Below are positions 12,227 to 26,029 of a DNA stretch of 64,000 nucleotides, one piece after another. The first letter of the stretch is position 1; every line of letters begins with the position of its first letter. The stretch lies in NCBI GenBank assembly GCA_951406725.2, contig OX597820.1, positions 7,006,001 to 7,070,000 on the forward strand, written 5' to 3'. The DNA is from Octopus vulgaris. Its lineage: Eukaryota. Position numbers and translations under genes: made by a program. The notes under the pieces are model-generated. The model ran no database searches. It had not been told where the DNA came from and was given only the letters and a program-made list of their open reading frames with translations.

Positions 12227-13567
12227 CATACAAATTTATCCTTGTATACTTCTTTAAATGAAAAGAAGATAAATCAAAATAAAGGACCATGTCTTTGTCA
12301 ATAAATTCACTTCAACATTCAATGACCATACATCGAGGAGTATTGTAAATATATCCCAACGTCTTGTCAATAATCGAGAAAGACACACACAACTTTGTAC
12401 GTACATATGTATGCATGTATGTATGTATGTATGTATGTGTGTATGCGTGTATGTATGTATGTATGTATGCATGTATGTATGTATGTATGTACGTATGTAC
12501 GTATGTATGCATGTCTGTATGTACGTATGTACGTATGTACGTATGTACGTATGTATGTATGTATGTATGTATGTACGTATGTATGTATGAATGCGTGTAT
12601 GTATGTATGTATGTATGTGTGTATGTGTGCATGTATGCATGTATGTATGCGTGTATGTATGTACGTATGTATGTATGTATGTATGCATGTATGTATGTAT
12701 GTATGTATGTATATTTGTGTGTATGTATGTATGTATGTATGCATGTATGTGTGTATGAGTGTATGTACGTATATACGTATAATATATACATGTGTGTGTG
12801 TGTGCGTGTATGTGTATGTCTATGTATGTATGTATACATCATGTTGTTAGTAATTGTTATCGAGTGTGCTTTCATGGTAGCCATCTTAATATCTCATAAC
12901 GAAATTGCATTCTACCCAATCTATATTTTCATATTTATTGAGCTCGCTGCCAAAGCGCTTTAAACCAAAAAATATCTTCGTTATCCTTCCAAAAACTTTA
13001 TTTCTATTATCAATATGTGTGTATTTTCTTTACATATTAGTATATGCGCATGCGCGTAATATATATATGCGTATACGTATTTACACATGAAATACACGGC
13101 TGCATATTGTTTCTAATGAGAACGGGCGTGGCTGATGAGAACGATACGTAATCGGGAGATCCTGCGGCACTGAAGGTCCTGCAGCATTTGAGGGACACCA
13201 AGCAACAGCCTCTTCTCTACTGCGTTCGGTTTCAAAGCGCTCTATTCCAGCGTTACACACGGACGTCTAGCAATATCTGGAGGCGGAGAGCGGTGAATAT
13301 CTTGGATCAACGACGCTATCATAACCTTTGATGAGCCATCAGAAGAGCTACGTGTAACTTCAAATCCTGTACTAGTTCACTTGCTTCCAATATGATTTCG
13401 TTTAAGACTAAGTCTACCGAACAGCCCAGGCAGTAGTAAATCGTGCAAAACCAGAAGCTGTCACTATGGCGTGAATTTGTACAGTTTCTGTCGACTGGAA
13501 TTTCGTTCACGAAGTTCACTGGAGACTGCAGTAGAAATTGTGAAGCAAGCATTTTTTAACTGCGCCG

Positions 13568-13637
<70 letters not shown>

Positions 13638-13639
<2 letters not shown>

Positions 13640-14058
13640 TGTGCATCTCTGACGATATGTGCATCTCTGACGATATGTGCATCTCTGACGATATGTGCAT
13701 CTCTGATCACGAGCAGAAGTAGTGGGGGAGCATCATGGCCATGTGTTGAGAGGGATTCTTTGGGGTTTGAATAGTTCACCTCTGGAAACATGGGTGGTTC
13801 TTTCAACATCCTTAAACAACCCTTATTCAGGGACCGTTTGAGCGGGATGGGCTACTCAACCTGAAGAAAATTCTAACTGGGCCCCACCTGCAAAGTCATG
13901 TGCTGTTTATCTTGATATGAGATCACCATGTCGCGCACATATGGTTGTGATGCATGTGCCTGGTGTACCTTTATCAGACGGGTAGTCATGATGGGTATAT
14001 TCGGCTTCGTATATTTTACCCCAGTGTCACTTTGATGGCATGAACTGCTCTCTCACTC
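13638..14058 (+). mobile_element. ~450-bp (AAT)n-tailed retroposon (family D; LINE 3'UTR or LINE-dependent SINE)
   Basis: Ends ...ctgctctctcactc followed by (aat)n. Other copies: ~30935-31123, ~31150-31565, 31735-31950, 39588-40043, 44374-44830. This copy has an 18-bp tandem (atatgtgcatctctgacg x3) at its 5' break. Confidence 0.75.
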
Positions 14059-14091
<33 letters not shown>

Positions 14092-14216
14092 CATACAATA
14101 ACCATCAGAGCCCATACAATAACCATCAGAGCATCACAACAAATCACAGCACATACCCAAGGCACACAGAGCTGCGCTCGGTAGTGAAGTGAAAGCACGC
14201 TATAAAAATAAAACTA

Positions 14217-14289
<73 letters not shown>

Positions 14290-14575
14290 GTAACAATGAA
14301 GGGATACCAGAAAAATTTAGACAACATCCCAGGTGAACCATGTCTCAAGGAAATCCAAATGATTGTGCAGAGAAGTAGAACCCACATCCTTAGAAAAAAC
14401 ACTCAATTTAAATGTTTGTGTTGTATTATGTGGAGGTATTTCTCTACTGTTCTCGCCACTTCCCCTCCCCAAGCTTTCAGTTATATTTCAACACCTCTTT
14501 ACCAACACTTGCCCTAGGGTCTTGGGTGTAACCCGGCAGGTGATTGCATCAAACATGCAGGTTAAAAGTAAGTAA

Positions 14576-14578
<3 letters not shown>
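14290..14578 (+). mobile_element. R4/Dong-like non-LTR retrotransposon 3' end
   Basis: KGYQKNLDNIPGEPCLKEIQMIVQRSRTHILRK resembles the C-terminus of RLE-bearing R4/Dong ORFs (IQK.VLL.TAHILRK). Embedded in (AAT)n on both sides. Confidence 0.7.
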
Positions 14579-14621
<43 letters not shown>

Positions 14622-14624
14622 TGA

Positions 14625-14822
14625 TGATTTCAAATTTTGGCACAATGGCCAGCAATTGGGGACATAGGTTAGTCGATTATATTGTTCCCAATATTCAACA
14701 GGTATTTATTTTATCAATCCCGAAAGTCGACCTCGACGGAATCTGAACTTAGAACGTGAAGACGGACGAAATACTGCTAAGTATTTTGCCCAGCGTGCTA
14801 ACGATTCTGGCAGCTCGTTGTC
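14625..14822 (-). mobile_element. Family A SINE, diverged
   Basis: Reverse complement of the head cgagctgccagaatcgttagcacgctgggc plus the core. Confidence 0.8.
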
Positions 14823-14842
14823 TTAATAATAATAATAATAAC

Positions 14843-14899
<57 letters not shown>

Positions 14900-15641
14900 C
14901 AACTGGCCTTTGAAGCCTGAGCTGCGATGTCATTTAGAGTACGAACTTCACAATGGTGGAATGTAGCTATGATCGTTGCCAATGACACTGAACATTTTCA
15001 TAGCGCAACTGTCAGAGGCAAACAGTTTGTATCATGTGATCATGGCTGACATTTTGAAGAATGTCTTTATTGGCCCGTTTGTCTATTCACTGCACGTTTT
15101 GCCGCGGCTTTCTACATCTTCAGCTGGTAATGAAGATGTCAATATTCTCCTCTATTATCTAATTTATTGCACAATTTCAGTTCCATACAGCAGTAGCAAT
15201 CACAGAAACGGTACAGCAAATAGTTGCAACTTGAGGTCAAAAGTTTCCTCTTTTCATATTCACAGTTGTTATTGCTATTGTAGTTAAAATCTGAAGCAGC
15301 TTTGGTCAATCATACCTATAATATAAAGTATTCTGGCCATGACCGTCCCTACGAATTTAGTTATTTTATATCTCTGACTACGTTATCCTATGTGCTCTTA
15401 TATATTTCTATTTTGTGACAGCAGGGTGTAATTTGTAAATTTAGCGACAGTTTCTAGTAGGTCTAGTGACCCCATAAATGTCCCTTCTCTGGGTCAGAGC
15501 TTTCTTTCTAGATTCCCCATATTCTAAAAGCTGCTCCGTCGATGGGAAAATCAGCTCCAAATGTTACTTTCCTAATCTTATATTTTGGAAATTCCGTGAA
15601 TACTTGCAGTTATTATAAGTTACAGTTAGCAGCAGCAGTCG

Positions 15642-15997
15642 AGGCGCAATGGCCCAATGTTTAGGGCAGCGGACTTGCGGTTGTAGGATCGCGGTTTCGA
15701 TTCCCAGACCGGATGTTTATTGAGCGAAAACACCTAAAGCTCCACGAGGCTCTGGCAGGGGGGGGGGTGACCCCTGTTGTACTCTTTCGCTCCAACTTTC
15801 TCTCACTCTTTCTTCCTGTTTCTTGACCCCGACTTCCTACGCAACTGCTGAGCCTGGATGCGCATTCATCCATCCGCAGATGCTCTCGCTGTCGGGGGGT
15901 TGACCTGTTTTCTCTTCTGCGGGTCTTACGAATAGCAAAGGACCACGTTTCGGACTTCTCCCATCTTGCGAGCTCTGGGACGAAGACCGTTCGCTCA
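15642..15997 (+). mobile_element. tRNA-derived SINE family B
   Basis: tRNA-like head ggcgcaatggccca.tg.ttagggcagcggact.gcgg..gtaggatcgcggtttcgattccc. Copies at 25195-25490 (+) and 46506-46806 (-). Confidence 0.8.
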
Positions 15998-16029
15998 ACA
16001 GCAACAGCAGCAGCAGCAGCAGCAGCATC

Positions 16030-16077
<48 letters not shown>

Positions 16078-17332
16078 TGTTGTTGTTGTTGATGTCTAAT
16101 CCAATGCTAGCTCTGTTCGCACACTATAGGCTTTCCACCCATGAACGTCACGTCTGTTTGCATAAGTATGACTACTATATCAAATGTCTGCTTTTCGTTT
16201 TTAAGACTTGGAAATTATCTCAGTGCGAGGTAGCTATTTTTTCTAGCAGAACGAGCGACCACATAGCGACCACTTTGGTATATGGATACAATAATCGGTT
16301 TCGACTTGGTTGCTCCGCATAAAAAAATAATAGCAGCTAAATTTCTTCCAAACCTCATTCTGCAGTCTTTGGCAAGAGAAAGACAAGTCTACTCAGTCGC
16401 GCCGATTCAATCATTAATCAGACCATCAGCTAATAGTAGCAGCCAAATATCCCTCAACTATTTATACAAGCGTCTTAAAAGAACACACGAGAGACACACA
16501 CGTATATATATGTAATAAGGTAGTTCTGGCTACATTGTTTGGAAAAAGAACAGAACCAGCAGGAGGCGTCTTTGATGTTGCATTTTCTTGATTAAGGGCT
16601 GACCTGCAGATAAACAACAACAACAACAACAACAAAGGCAATAGTATTAGCAGTAGTAGCTGCAGAGGCAGCGGCAGCAACATGTGATGTGGTAAATATT
16701 ATCACACTGAAGTCAAAGTTGAAATGAAATACATGTAGAACATATCGAAATATTAACGACAAAGATTGTGTGGATGTCGAAGTGACAAACCTAGATATAT
16801 GATATCACGATGCTGGATATTGTATTCAATAGACCTGGATATCACATGGAGAAGAAAACATTAGTAAATACGTGTACAAGGAAGATGGATATAGCTTCAA
16901 GGAAAGAGGATGTTACACGGAAAGACATACATATATCATGAAGAACAGAAGGGTATTGACGGGGTAGACGGGGCAACATTTAAATGCATTTATTATAGGA
17001 GGCAATCTGCTTTTATATATATATATATATACGTGTGTTTGAGTGTGTGTGTGAGCGTATGTGTGTATGTTTGTGTGTGTGTGGGTGCGTGTGTTTTGTG
17101 TGTGTGTGTGTGCGTGTTTATATGTAAGTTTCTTTACGTATATCGAGGGAGAAAGAAAACGGGTAAAAGGCAATGTGGGCAGCAGAGCGATGAATTAGTT
17201 GGTGGAAAAGAGGGGAAGACATCAGAAAAGGGATAACAACTGTATCCATGAATACACACACATATGCACACACACTAATATCCATCCATCCATTCATCTA
17301 AACATATGTACATGCATAAAACAGAGATGCAA

Positions 17333-17388
<56 letters not shown>

Positions 17389-17502
17389 GGAGAGAAAGAG
17401 TGTATATATATATATATATAATCATGTGTGTGTGTGTGTATATACATACATGATATATACTTCTATGCACATATATATATACATGGTGTATATACTTATG
17501 TT

Positions 17503-17543
<41 letters not shown>

Positions 17544-17792
17544 CTGTATGCCCGTACATAAAAGAGAATAAAAAACTTGCAAGGCTCTCATACATTTATC
17601 ATCACTAATAATGTATGTATGTATGTATATATATACATACATGCATGCATATATATGTATGTATGCATATATATATATACATACATACATATATATGTAT
17701 ATATATATATATATATATACCTATATATATAAAGCCTTATACAGTTTGCGTTACTACTCTATCTCCTTGAGATTTTATAACTAGCTATTTTA

Positions 17793-17872
<80 letters not shown>

Positions 17873-17882
17873 CATACATATA

Positions 17883-17914
<32 letters not shown>

Positions 17915-18415
17915 CATATATACATATATATACGTACATATATACATATACATACATATATACATATACATACATATATACATATATATACATACATACA
18001 TATATATATACATACATACATGCATATATATATATACATACATGCATACATATATATACATATATATACATACATACATATATATATACATATATATACA
18101 TACATAAATATATATACATATATATACATACATCCATATATATACATATATATACATACATCCATATATATACATATATATACATACATCCATATATATA
18201 TATATATATATACATACATATATATATACATACATATATATATATATATGTGTGTATATATACATACATACACATATATATATGCATATATACATACATA
18301 TACATATATATGCATATATACATACATATACATATAGATATATATCTACATATACATATACATATATATATATATCTACATATACATATACATATATATA
18401 TATATCTACATATAC

Positions 18416-18448
<33 letters not shown>

Positions 18449-20034
18449 CATTCATACATGCTTACATACATTCATATATATCTACATGAAAATATATGTG
18501 TGTGTGTATCTCTGTATGCATGTGTGGACGGATACGAAGAATGAATTAGAGGGAAGGAAACGGAAGAGGGAGAGAAAGAAAGAAAAAAAGAAAGATGGGA
18601 AGGAAAGAAAGAAAGGCAGATTGTATGTCGTTAAAAGAAGAGAAGGAATCGAAAAGAAGAAAGAAATAAGGAAAAATCTTAGAAGAAGTTTGAGATGAAG
18701 AATGGAAGGATGAAAGGAATGAAGGAACGAAAGAAATTTTGTAGGAAAGAAATAACGACCAGAATATAGGGAATGGCTGGCTTTCTTTCACTCTCTCTGA
18801 TACACACACTCACACACACATGCAAATGTACAGACACATTTTGTGAGGCACACACACATACATACACACATACATACACACATACATACACACATACATA
18901 CACAAATGTATGCACATACAAACACAGACTCGCGCAGCACACACAAACGCGCATATATTCCGCAGTGTTAAGCTGCATCTGTTGCCGGTGACGCTGGAGG
19001 TGGCGGCGGTTGAGTTTGCTGCTAACTTGATGATGAAGATGATGATGATGATGATGATGATGAGGAGGAGGAGGAGGAGGAGGGTAAACATGATGATGAT
19101 GCAGTGGAAGAGGATGAGAAATCTGATGGTGTCGCTGGTGTTGGCGGTGTGTTATAGTCACCGATATAATGGTGGTGGTGGTGGTGGTGGTGGTGGTGGT
19201 TGACGTTCAGCGTAATAATAATAATGATGGTGATGGTGATGATGATGATGATGATAATAATAGTAATAATAATAATAATAATGATAATAATGATGATGGT
19301 GATGATGATGATGATGATGATGTTTATGATGATGATGACGATGATGATGATAATAATAATAATAATAATAATGGTGATTTCCACGTTTGGCACAAGTCCA
19401 GCAATTTCAGCGAAGGAAGTAAATTGATTACATCGACCCATGGACACAACTGGTACTCATTTTATCAACCCCCACCACCACCTCCACCACCACTTATGAT
19501 AATCATATAGCTATGACGATGAGGAGGAACGAGTGAACAACACTGTTGTGTTTGTTGTTGTTGTTATTGGTTGTGGTGATGGTGGCGGTGCTGTTCCTAC
19601 TTTGTGGTTACTATCAATGTTGACGTTGCTATTGTCATCATCATCAACAACAGCAACAGCACAAACAATACCACAAACGAGTTCAGCACCACCACCCCCA
19701 CCACCACCACCACTAACGCCACTACTACCGCCACTACCACCATCCACTGCCATAACAACACCATAACAACAACCACCACCACCACCACCACCACCCTTAT
19801 CAACAGTACTTAGGCGCTCCACCCCGGCTTACACCATTAACACCCTGTCACTTTCACAACCCATCATCAACAACATATATATGTCTATGTGTTTGAATCT
19901 CTGCATATATATATATACATACATATATACATATACATACATATATACATACATATATACATATACATACATATATACATACATATATACATATACATAC
20001 ATATATACATACATATATACATATACATACATAT

Positions 20035-20099
<65 letters not shown>

Positions 20100-20325
20100 C
20101 ATATATATATATATATATCGTGTGTGTATATATGTAAATGCACAAGAAATACTTACAAATATCTGTATGTACGTGTGTAGGCGTTACTATGCATACAATA
20201 GTTGTATGTGACTGGCTAGTGTATGTATGGAGGTATATATATATATATATATACACACACACAAATATATATGTTTATCTATGTCCGCATATGTGTAGTA
20301 TTATCTTGGCGTGTATGTGCCTGAG

Positions 20326-20361
<36 letters not shown>

Positions 20362-23168
20362 ACGTGTATATACGCGTGTGCACGAGTGAACCTAGATGTG
20401 CTTATGTGTGTGTGTATGTATGGGTAGATAAATCATTAGGAATAAACGCCAGCAATTGGAATAAAGATTGCTACCAGAAAGGATGTAAACTTTATATCCA
20501 TAAGAAATATCGTCAGAAGAATTAAGTATTCTCTTAGAGTTTGTCAAAGAACAGGAAGGGGCTGTAGTTTATAGATTTAGTTCTCCGTCTTCAGTTGATT
20601 CTTCAAAAAACACCTATCTATCTATCCAACGATCTCTGTCTCTCTCTCTCTGTCTCACTCTCTCTCTCTCTCTCTCTCTCCATATATATATATATATATA
20701 CCCTTCTTTCTATCTATTTATCTATCAATCTATCTACTCTTCTTTCTATCTATCTATTTATCTATCTATCTCTACATTCACCTAACTATCTAGCTATCTA
20801 TCCGCCAAATTCATTCTAGCCAGTCACACACCTTTTATCTACCTACATACACATCACCTACCTACCTACCTACCTACCTACATACCTACCCACCTACTCA
20901 CCTACATTGCTATCTATCCCGCTCTCTTCTATCACTCTGTCTCTCTCTGTCACTCTCTATGAATCTATCCATCTATCTATTTTTCTACCTACCTATTTAT
21001 TAATCTACCTTTCCTTCTTCTCTCTTCTCCCTATCTACCTATAATTTAGGCGCACACACATACGCGTGCACACACACAAACACATACACACACACACGCA
21101 CGAACGCGGACATAAGTGTATCTCCCACACAACACACGTTTATTTTTTACTGCATATCTATCTTTCTACATTTATCCATCAATTCAACCTATTTGCCTCT
21201 ACATCTGCCTCTATTCCACCTACTTCCGTATTTATATCTCTATGTATGTATGTATCTATCTGCGTGTCTGTCTGTTAGTCTCTTTATATATACATTTACT
21301 GCGTTCAGCCGGAAACCACTTCATTCTCTGAAATTACAATCTACCTGCACTTTAATGAGACTGGCAGATAGCAAATACCTTGCAACAGGATCAAAAGAAA
21401 TGATGAACGGTGCTCAACTACAATACAAAATTAAAAATTCCGAGCAACGAGGAAGGATGAAGTGACGGGGGCGAAGGAGTGAGGCTATAAAAAATGGCGG
21501 AACAGAAAAACACTGTAGAATAATAGAACTCATTTTGTTTTGCTTTGATCTTTATGGATCAAGAATTGGTAATTCAAGGAAATTATCTTAGTTTCTGTCA
21601 TTGCTGACATTGCTCATGTTATTGCTAGTGTTGTTGTCGTTGTTGCTTTTTATTTTTATTATTATTATTATTGTTATCATTATCATTATTATTATTATCA
21701 TTATTATTATTACTCCCGTTGTTGTTTATGATGTTATTATTGCTGCTGTTGATGTCGTTGTTCTTGCTGTTGTTTTTAATTTCGTTGATCTCTAAATATT
21801 TTGTTTGATTTTATTGTAAAATGTTTTGCAGCAAAAGGATTTTAAATTTGGTTCAGAATGATGTCTATTTGATCTCGAAACATTTAACTGATTGTTTTTG
21901 GCTGTTTTTCTCTTATTTATTCATTTATATCTATATATATTATTATTTATTTAGTTATATATCTAGTTGTCTATTTATATTTCCTTATATATCTGTTCTG
22001 TTTCTTTATTTGTTTTGTAATAAATTCTAACCGAAACAATGTATTTAATATTCACTGAGAGCGCAACGACGATAAATCACAAGTTTGTGACGTCAGTGAG
22101 GCTGTGTACGTTTCTAGTAAACGGATAACCAATCAAAACAATTCATTAAATAAACCGACCACTGTAATGAATTGGGTGGTGTGGGGGAGTCATAGAATAG
22201 AATGTAGGGTCCTGTTTTAGAGTTGCTTTTAACAGAGTATTAATCAATAGCCTGACCTCAACTCACTCCTCTTACCTTTAGAAGAACGTAGATTTTAAAT
22301 GTCCACTAAGAAGCCTGCGGGCAGCAAATGTCCACAACGTAGTCTCTCGACATGCAAAAACAGCAGTCAGATTTCTTGAAGAAACATCTTTCCATTCTAA
22401 GAGTTTACTTACCAAAGTCCATTTTGCCCCATGTTCTCTTGCACCAGCGATCTAATTCTGTCGTAAATTATGCACTTTAAGAATTTTAAACATATCTACC
22501 CGTTCTAGTTCACTATATAAACTGCCATGTTGATTTATAGCATTATGAGTCACCGGTGCCTCGTAGAATACAGAATGAATGTTATATTAATTCTGTGCCA
22601 CAAGATTCACAGGGGATAGTCATGGCAGGCCAGTGACCACAGGGGGAAGGAGAAAAAGGGGAATAAATAATGAAAGAATGCTTTCATTGATATAATTCCA
22701 TATGGCTATAGAAATAGAGGCTGGCCAAATGCTAGCTTTGTTCAATAATGACCGATCTGGAATTAAACAGCGACAACATTTATTTCATAAGGTTTTGCTG
22801 TTTTCGAAACTGGTCAGAGAGATTGTTGTTGTTGTTGTGTTTGTTTTTGTCCTTTTTTATCGACTGCATTGTCATTCCTGATTGATTCCACTCAAGTTAA
22901 AACCGTTCCTACCATAAAATTCCCATCGTTCTTGCAGAAATTTTTATATCTAAAAATATATTATGCGTTTTTCCGTTCTCAATACGGTAATGTGTAATTA
23001 CAAAAAGAGTAAGCTGCTGTTTCTAGTATGCACTCTAGCCACACATAGCTGTATCGTAGTTGATACTTGTGTCGTCGTAGTTTTTTTTTTAGCCCCTGGT
23101 CATTTCTGATCCATAATGATTTTTATCAAAGACATTCCGACCATGCCCATACATTCTTCTATCAAATC

Positions 23169-23560
23169 TTTTCTACTCTAGGCACTATGTCCGAAATTTT
23201 AAGGGAAGGGAGCCAGTCGATTAGATGGACCCCAGAATGCAACTGGTGCTTAATTTATCGACCCAGAAATGATAAAAGGCAAAGTCGACCTCCGTGGAAT
23301 TTGAGCTCAGAACGTAAAGACAGACGAAGTACCTATTTCTTTACTATCCACAAGGGGCTAAACGCAGAGTGGACAAACAAGTACAGACAAACGGATTAAG
23401 CGATTACATCGACCCCAGTGCGTAACTGGTACTAAATTTATCGACCCCGAAAGGATGAAAGGCAAAGTCGACCTCGGCAGAATTTGAGCTCAGAACACAA
23501 AGAGAGACGAAGTACCGCTAAGCATTTCGCCCGCCGTATAAATGTTTCTACTAGCTCGCT
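23169..23560 (-). mobile_element. Family A SINE dimer with two different tail types
   Basis: Essentially the same gaaatag|gta(t/c)ttcgtc junction (~23332). The distal unit ends in the alternative tail ...gtgcctagagtagaaaag. Confidence 0.85.
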
Positions 23561-24104
23561 TCCTTTTCCTTTTTCAATCTACGCCAACATTATTCAGTGT
23601 CACCCTTTCATTAAGCTCCCTGAATGTTACCCTAACGACGATAAGTACTCCATCCATGCTTTATAAATGTAATTAAAAGTCTAGTCAAATGCATGAATAT
23701 AAAGTTATTAGATTATCGGTGGCCCGAGGTTTCTTGAATAGGGCCGCATCCCATTATATTGATGTAGTCACAAGAAAGTGACTTTAAAAAGAGTTTTGTG
23801 TAATGGAAAGTTTCTTACGCTCACCCATCTACTAACTGTGTAAGGGAAAAAAATCTAATTTAACTGAATCTGCCATTCAATCTAAATGTCTACAAACTAG
23901 AAACTTCCTGAATCTAATTACATAACATTTCCGAAATATCAATAACTACCATCGACAATTTTAATGCTCATAACGGTTAGGTTAGCTGTTCATACCTAAT
24001 TAATATTGCTTCCAACAGTATACATTATAAAAAAAAAAACACTCACGCTTAGATTACATTCCATGTCGTAGTTTGAAAGTGTCAACATTTCACCAGGTAA
24101 AATA

Positions 24105-24706
24105 TGTATTTCTCTAATGCCCACAGGGGGCTAAACACAGAGGGGGAAAACAAGGACACACAAACGGATTAAGTCGATTACATCGACCACAGTGCGAAAG
24201 TGTTACTTTATTTATCGACACCGAAAGGATGAAAGGCAAAGTCGATCTCGGTGGAATTTGAACTCAGAAGGTAGCGGCAGATGAAATACCTATTTCTTTA
24301 CTACCCACGAGGGGCTAAACATAGAGGGGACAAACAAGGACAGACAAAGGGATTAAGTCGATTACATCGATCCCAGTGCGAAACTGTTAGTTTATTTATC
24401 GACACCGAAAGGATGAAAGGCAAAGTCGATCTCGGTGGAATTTGAACTCAGAACGTAACGGCAGACGAAATACCTATTTCTTTACTACCCAGAAGGGGTT
24501 AAACACAGGGAGGACAAACACGGACAGACAAACGGATTAAGTCGATTATATCGACCCCAGTGCGTAACTGGTACTTATTTAATCGACCCCAAAAGGATGA
24601 AAGGCAAAGTCGACCTCGGCGGAATTTGAACTCAGACCGTAACGGCAGACGAAATACCGTTAAGCATTTCGCCCGGCGTGCTAACGTTTCTGCTAGCTCG
24701 CCACCT
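24105..24706 (-). mobile_element. Family A SINE trimer with a 17-bp TSD
   Basis: Three ~183-bp units with junctions at ~24289 and ~24473. TSD tttcaccaggtaaaata at 24088-24104 and 24707-24723. Confidence 0.92.
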
Positions 24707-25194
24707 TTTCACCAGGTAAAATAGTGAAGAGATCTTCTCTATAAATAGCTGTACTATTGTACCACGTGATCGAGAGAACTTATATGGGACTTGCAGTCAA
24801 AGATTTCGAGGGAAGGGTCACAGGCTTATATCAGCTGGGGTGACACCAAAAAGAAACTTCACCTGCTGGGACCAAATAAACGATTTCCCCAACATTATAT
24901 TTTAGGTACCCCCTTGCACACCTAACGCTTTTCATAGCGAACTCTACCAATATATTAGGAATTGCATACACTGCAAGAGCCTACACATAATCCTTCAGCA
25001 AGAAACATGATCTATCGTATTGAAGCAAATAGATGTATGCTCTGGTAATTAGCATCAAATCTTTTGCTACGAATAATTAATTTATGTAGGGTTATGCAAA
25101 TTGGTTCCACCTGAATTGCATGTAAACAGCACTTGGTTACTTAGAGTTAAATTATTTCCCATTCATCTGACCTCAAGTGCAGTTTGGCAATGTG

Positions 25195-25490
25195 GAGGCA
25201 CATGGCCTAGTGTTTAGAGCAGCGGACACGCGGTCGAGGGATCGCGGGTTCGAATCTCAGACCGAAAGATGTGTGTGTTTATGAGCGAAACACCTAAGCT
25301 CCATGCGGCTCCGGCAGAAGGTAATGGCGAGACTTCTGCTGACTCTTTCGCCGCAACTTTCTCTCGCCTTTTCCTCCTGCATCTTGCAGCTCACCTGCGA
25401 TAGACCGGCGTCCCGTCCAGGTGGGGAACCTATACGCCAAGGAAACCGGTAAACCGGCCCTTATGAGACAGGCATGACTTGAGAAGGAAC
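25195..25490 (+). mobile_element. SINE family B
   Basis: ggaggcacatggcctagtg.ttagagcagcggac...gcgggttcgaatctcagacc, sharing gagcgaaacacctaagctcca with the 15642 copy. Confidence 0.8.
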
Positions 25491-25759
25491 AGTTTGGCAA
25501 TACAAAGTGTAACTCCGAAAGCACCAAGTCCTCTCATGACCAACAATATCCTGAATCTGCAGGTAATTTTCTTCCATTTGAGTTCTCACCAGTAAACTAG
25601 CATCGTTCGACTACTCACTTCGCCACGTGGAAATAAATATGTTATACATTCCTTCATTACCTGATGTCGCTAAGTTATCATTACCCCACAACACACACAC
25701 AAAGACTCACACACACACTCACACATACATACACAACAGCACACACACATACACACATA

Positions 25760-25819
<60 letters not shown>

Positions 25820-25988
25820 TATATGTACATTTGTGTATGCGCGTACACGTGAGTATATGTGTGCCAGTGAATGAACATTCTTGTGTGAGAGAGAGAGAGA
25901 AAGAGAGAGAGAGAGCGAGAACATGAGAGATAAAGAGTGAGAGAAAGACAAACATCACCGTTAGAAACGCGGACGCACATACGCTTAC

Positions 25989-26029
<41 letters not shown>

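Noticed and set aside
13316-13338. tatcataacctttgatgagcc resembles miR-2
   Set aside because: The seed differs and there is no complementary upstream arm for a pre-miRNA hairpin.
15642-15710. tRNA-like heads as genuine tRNA genes (also 25195, 46740)
   Set aside because: There is no closed acceptor stem, and they continue into a shared SINE body.
18679-19822. His/Pro/Gly-rich ORFs resembling transcription-factor low-complexity regions
   Set aside because: They are built from trinucleotide microsatellites with a SINE fragment inside, and have no domain or splice support.
24290-24335. SINE tail (antisense) resembles a twister ribozyme 3' end (ctaaaca.agagggg)
   Set aside because: It lacks the UAA..GCC and GGU..AAGCC elements and the pseudoknot pairings.
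24105-24706. CRISPR-like regular repeats
   Set aside because: The units are whole SINE copies without unique spacers, in a eukaryotic context with no cas genes.
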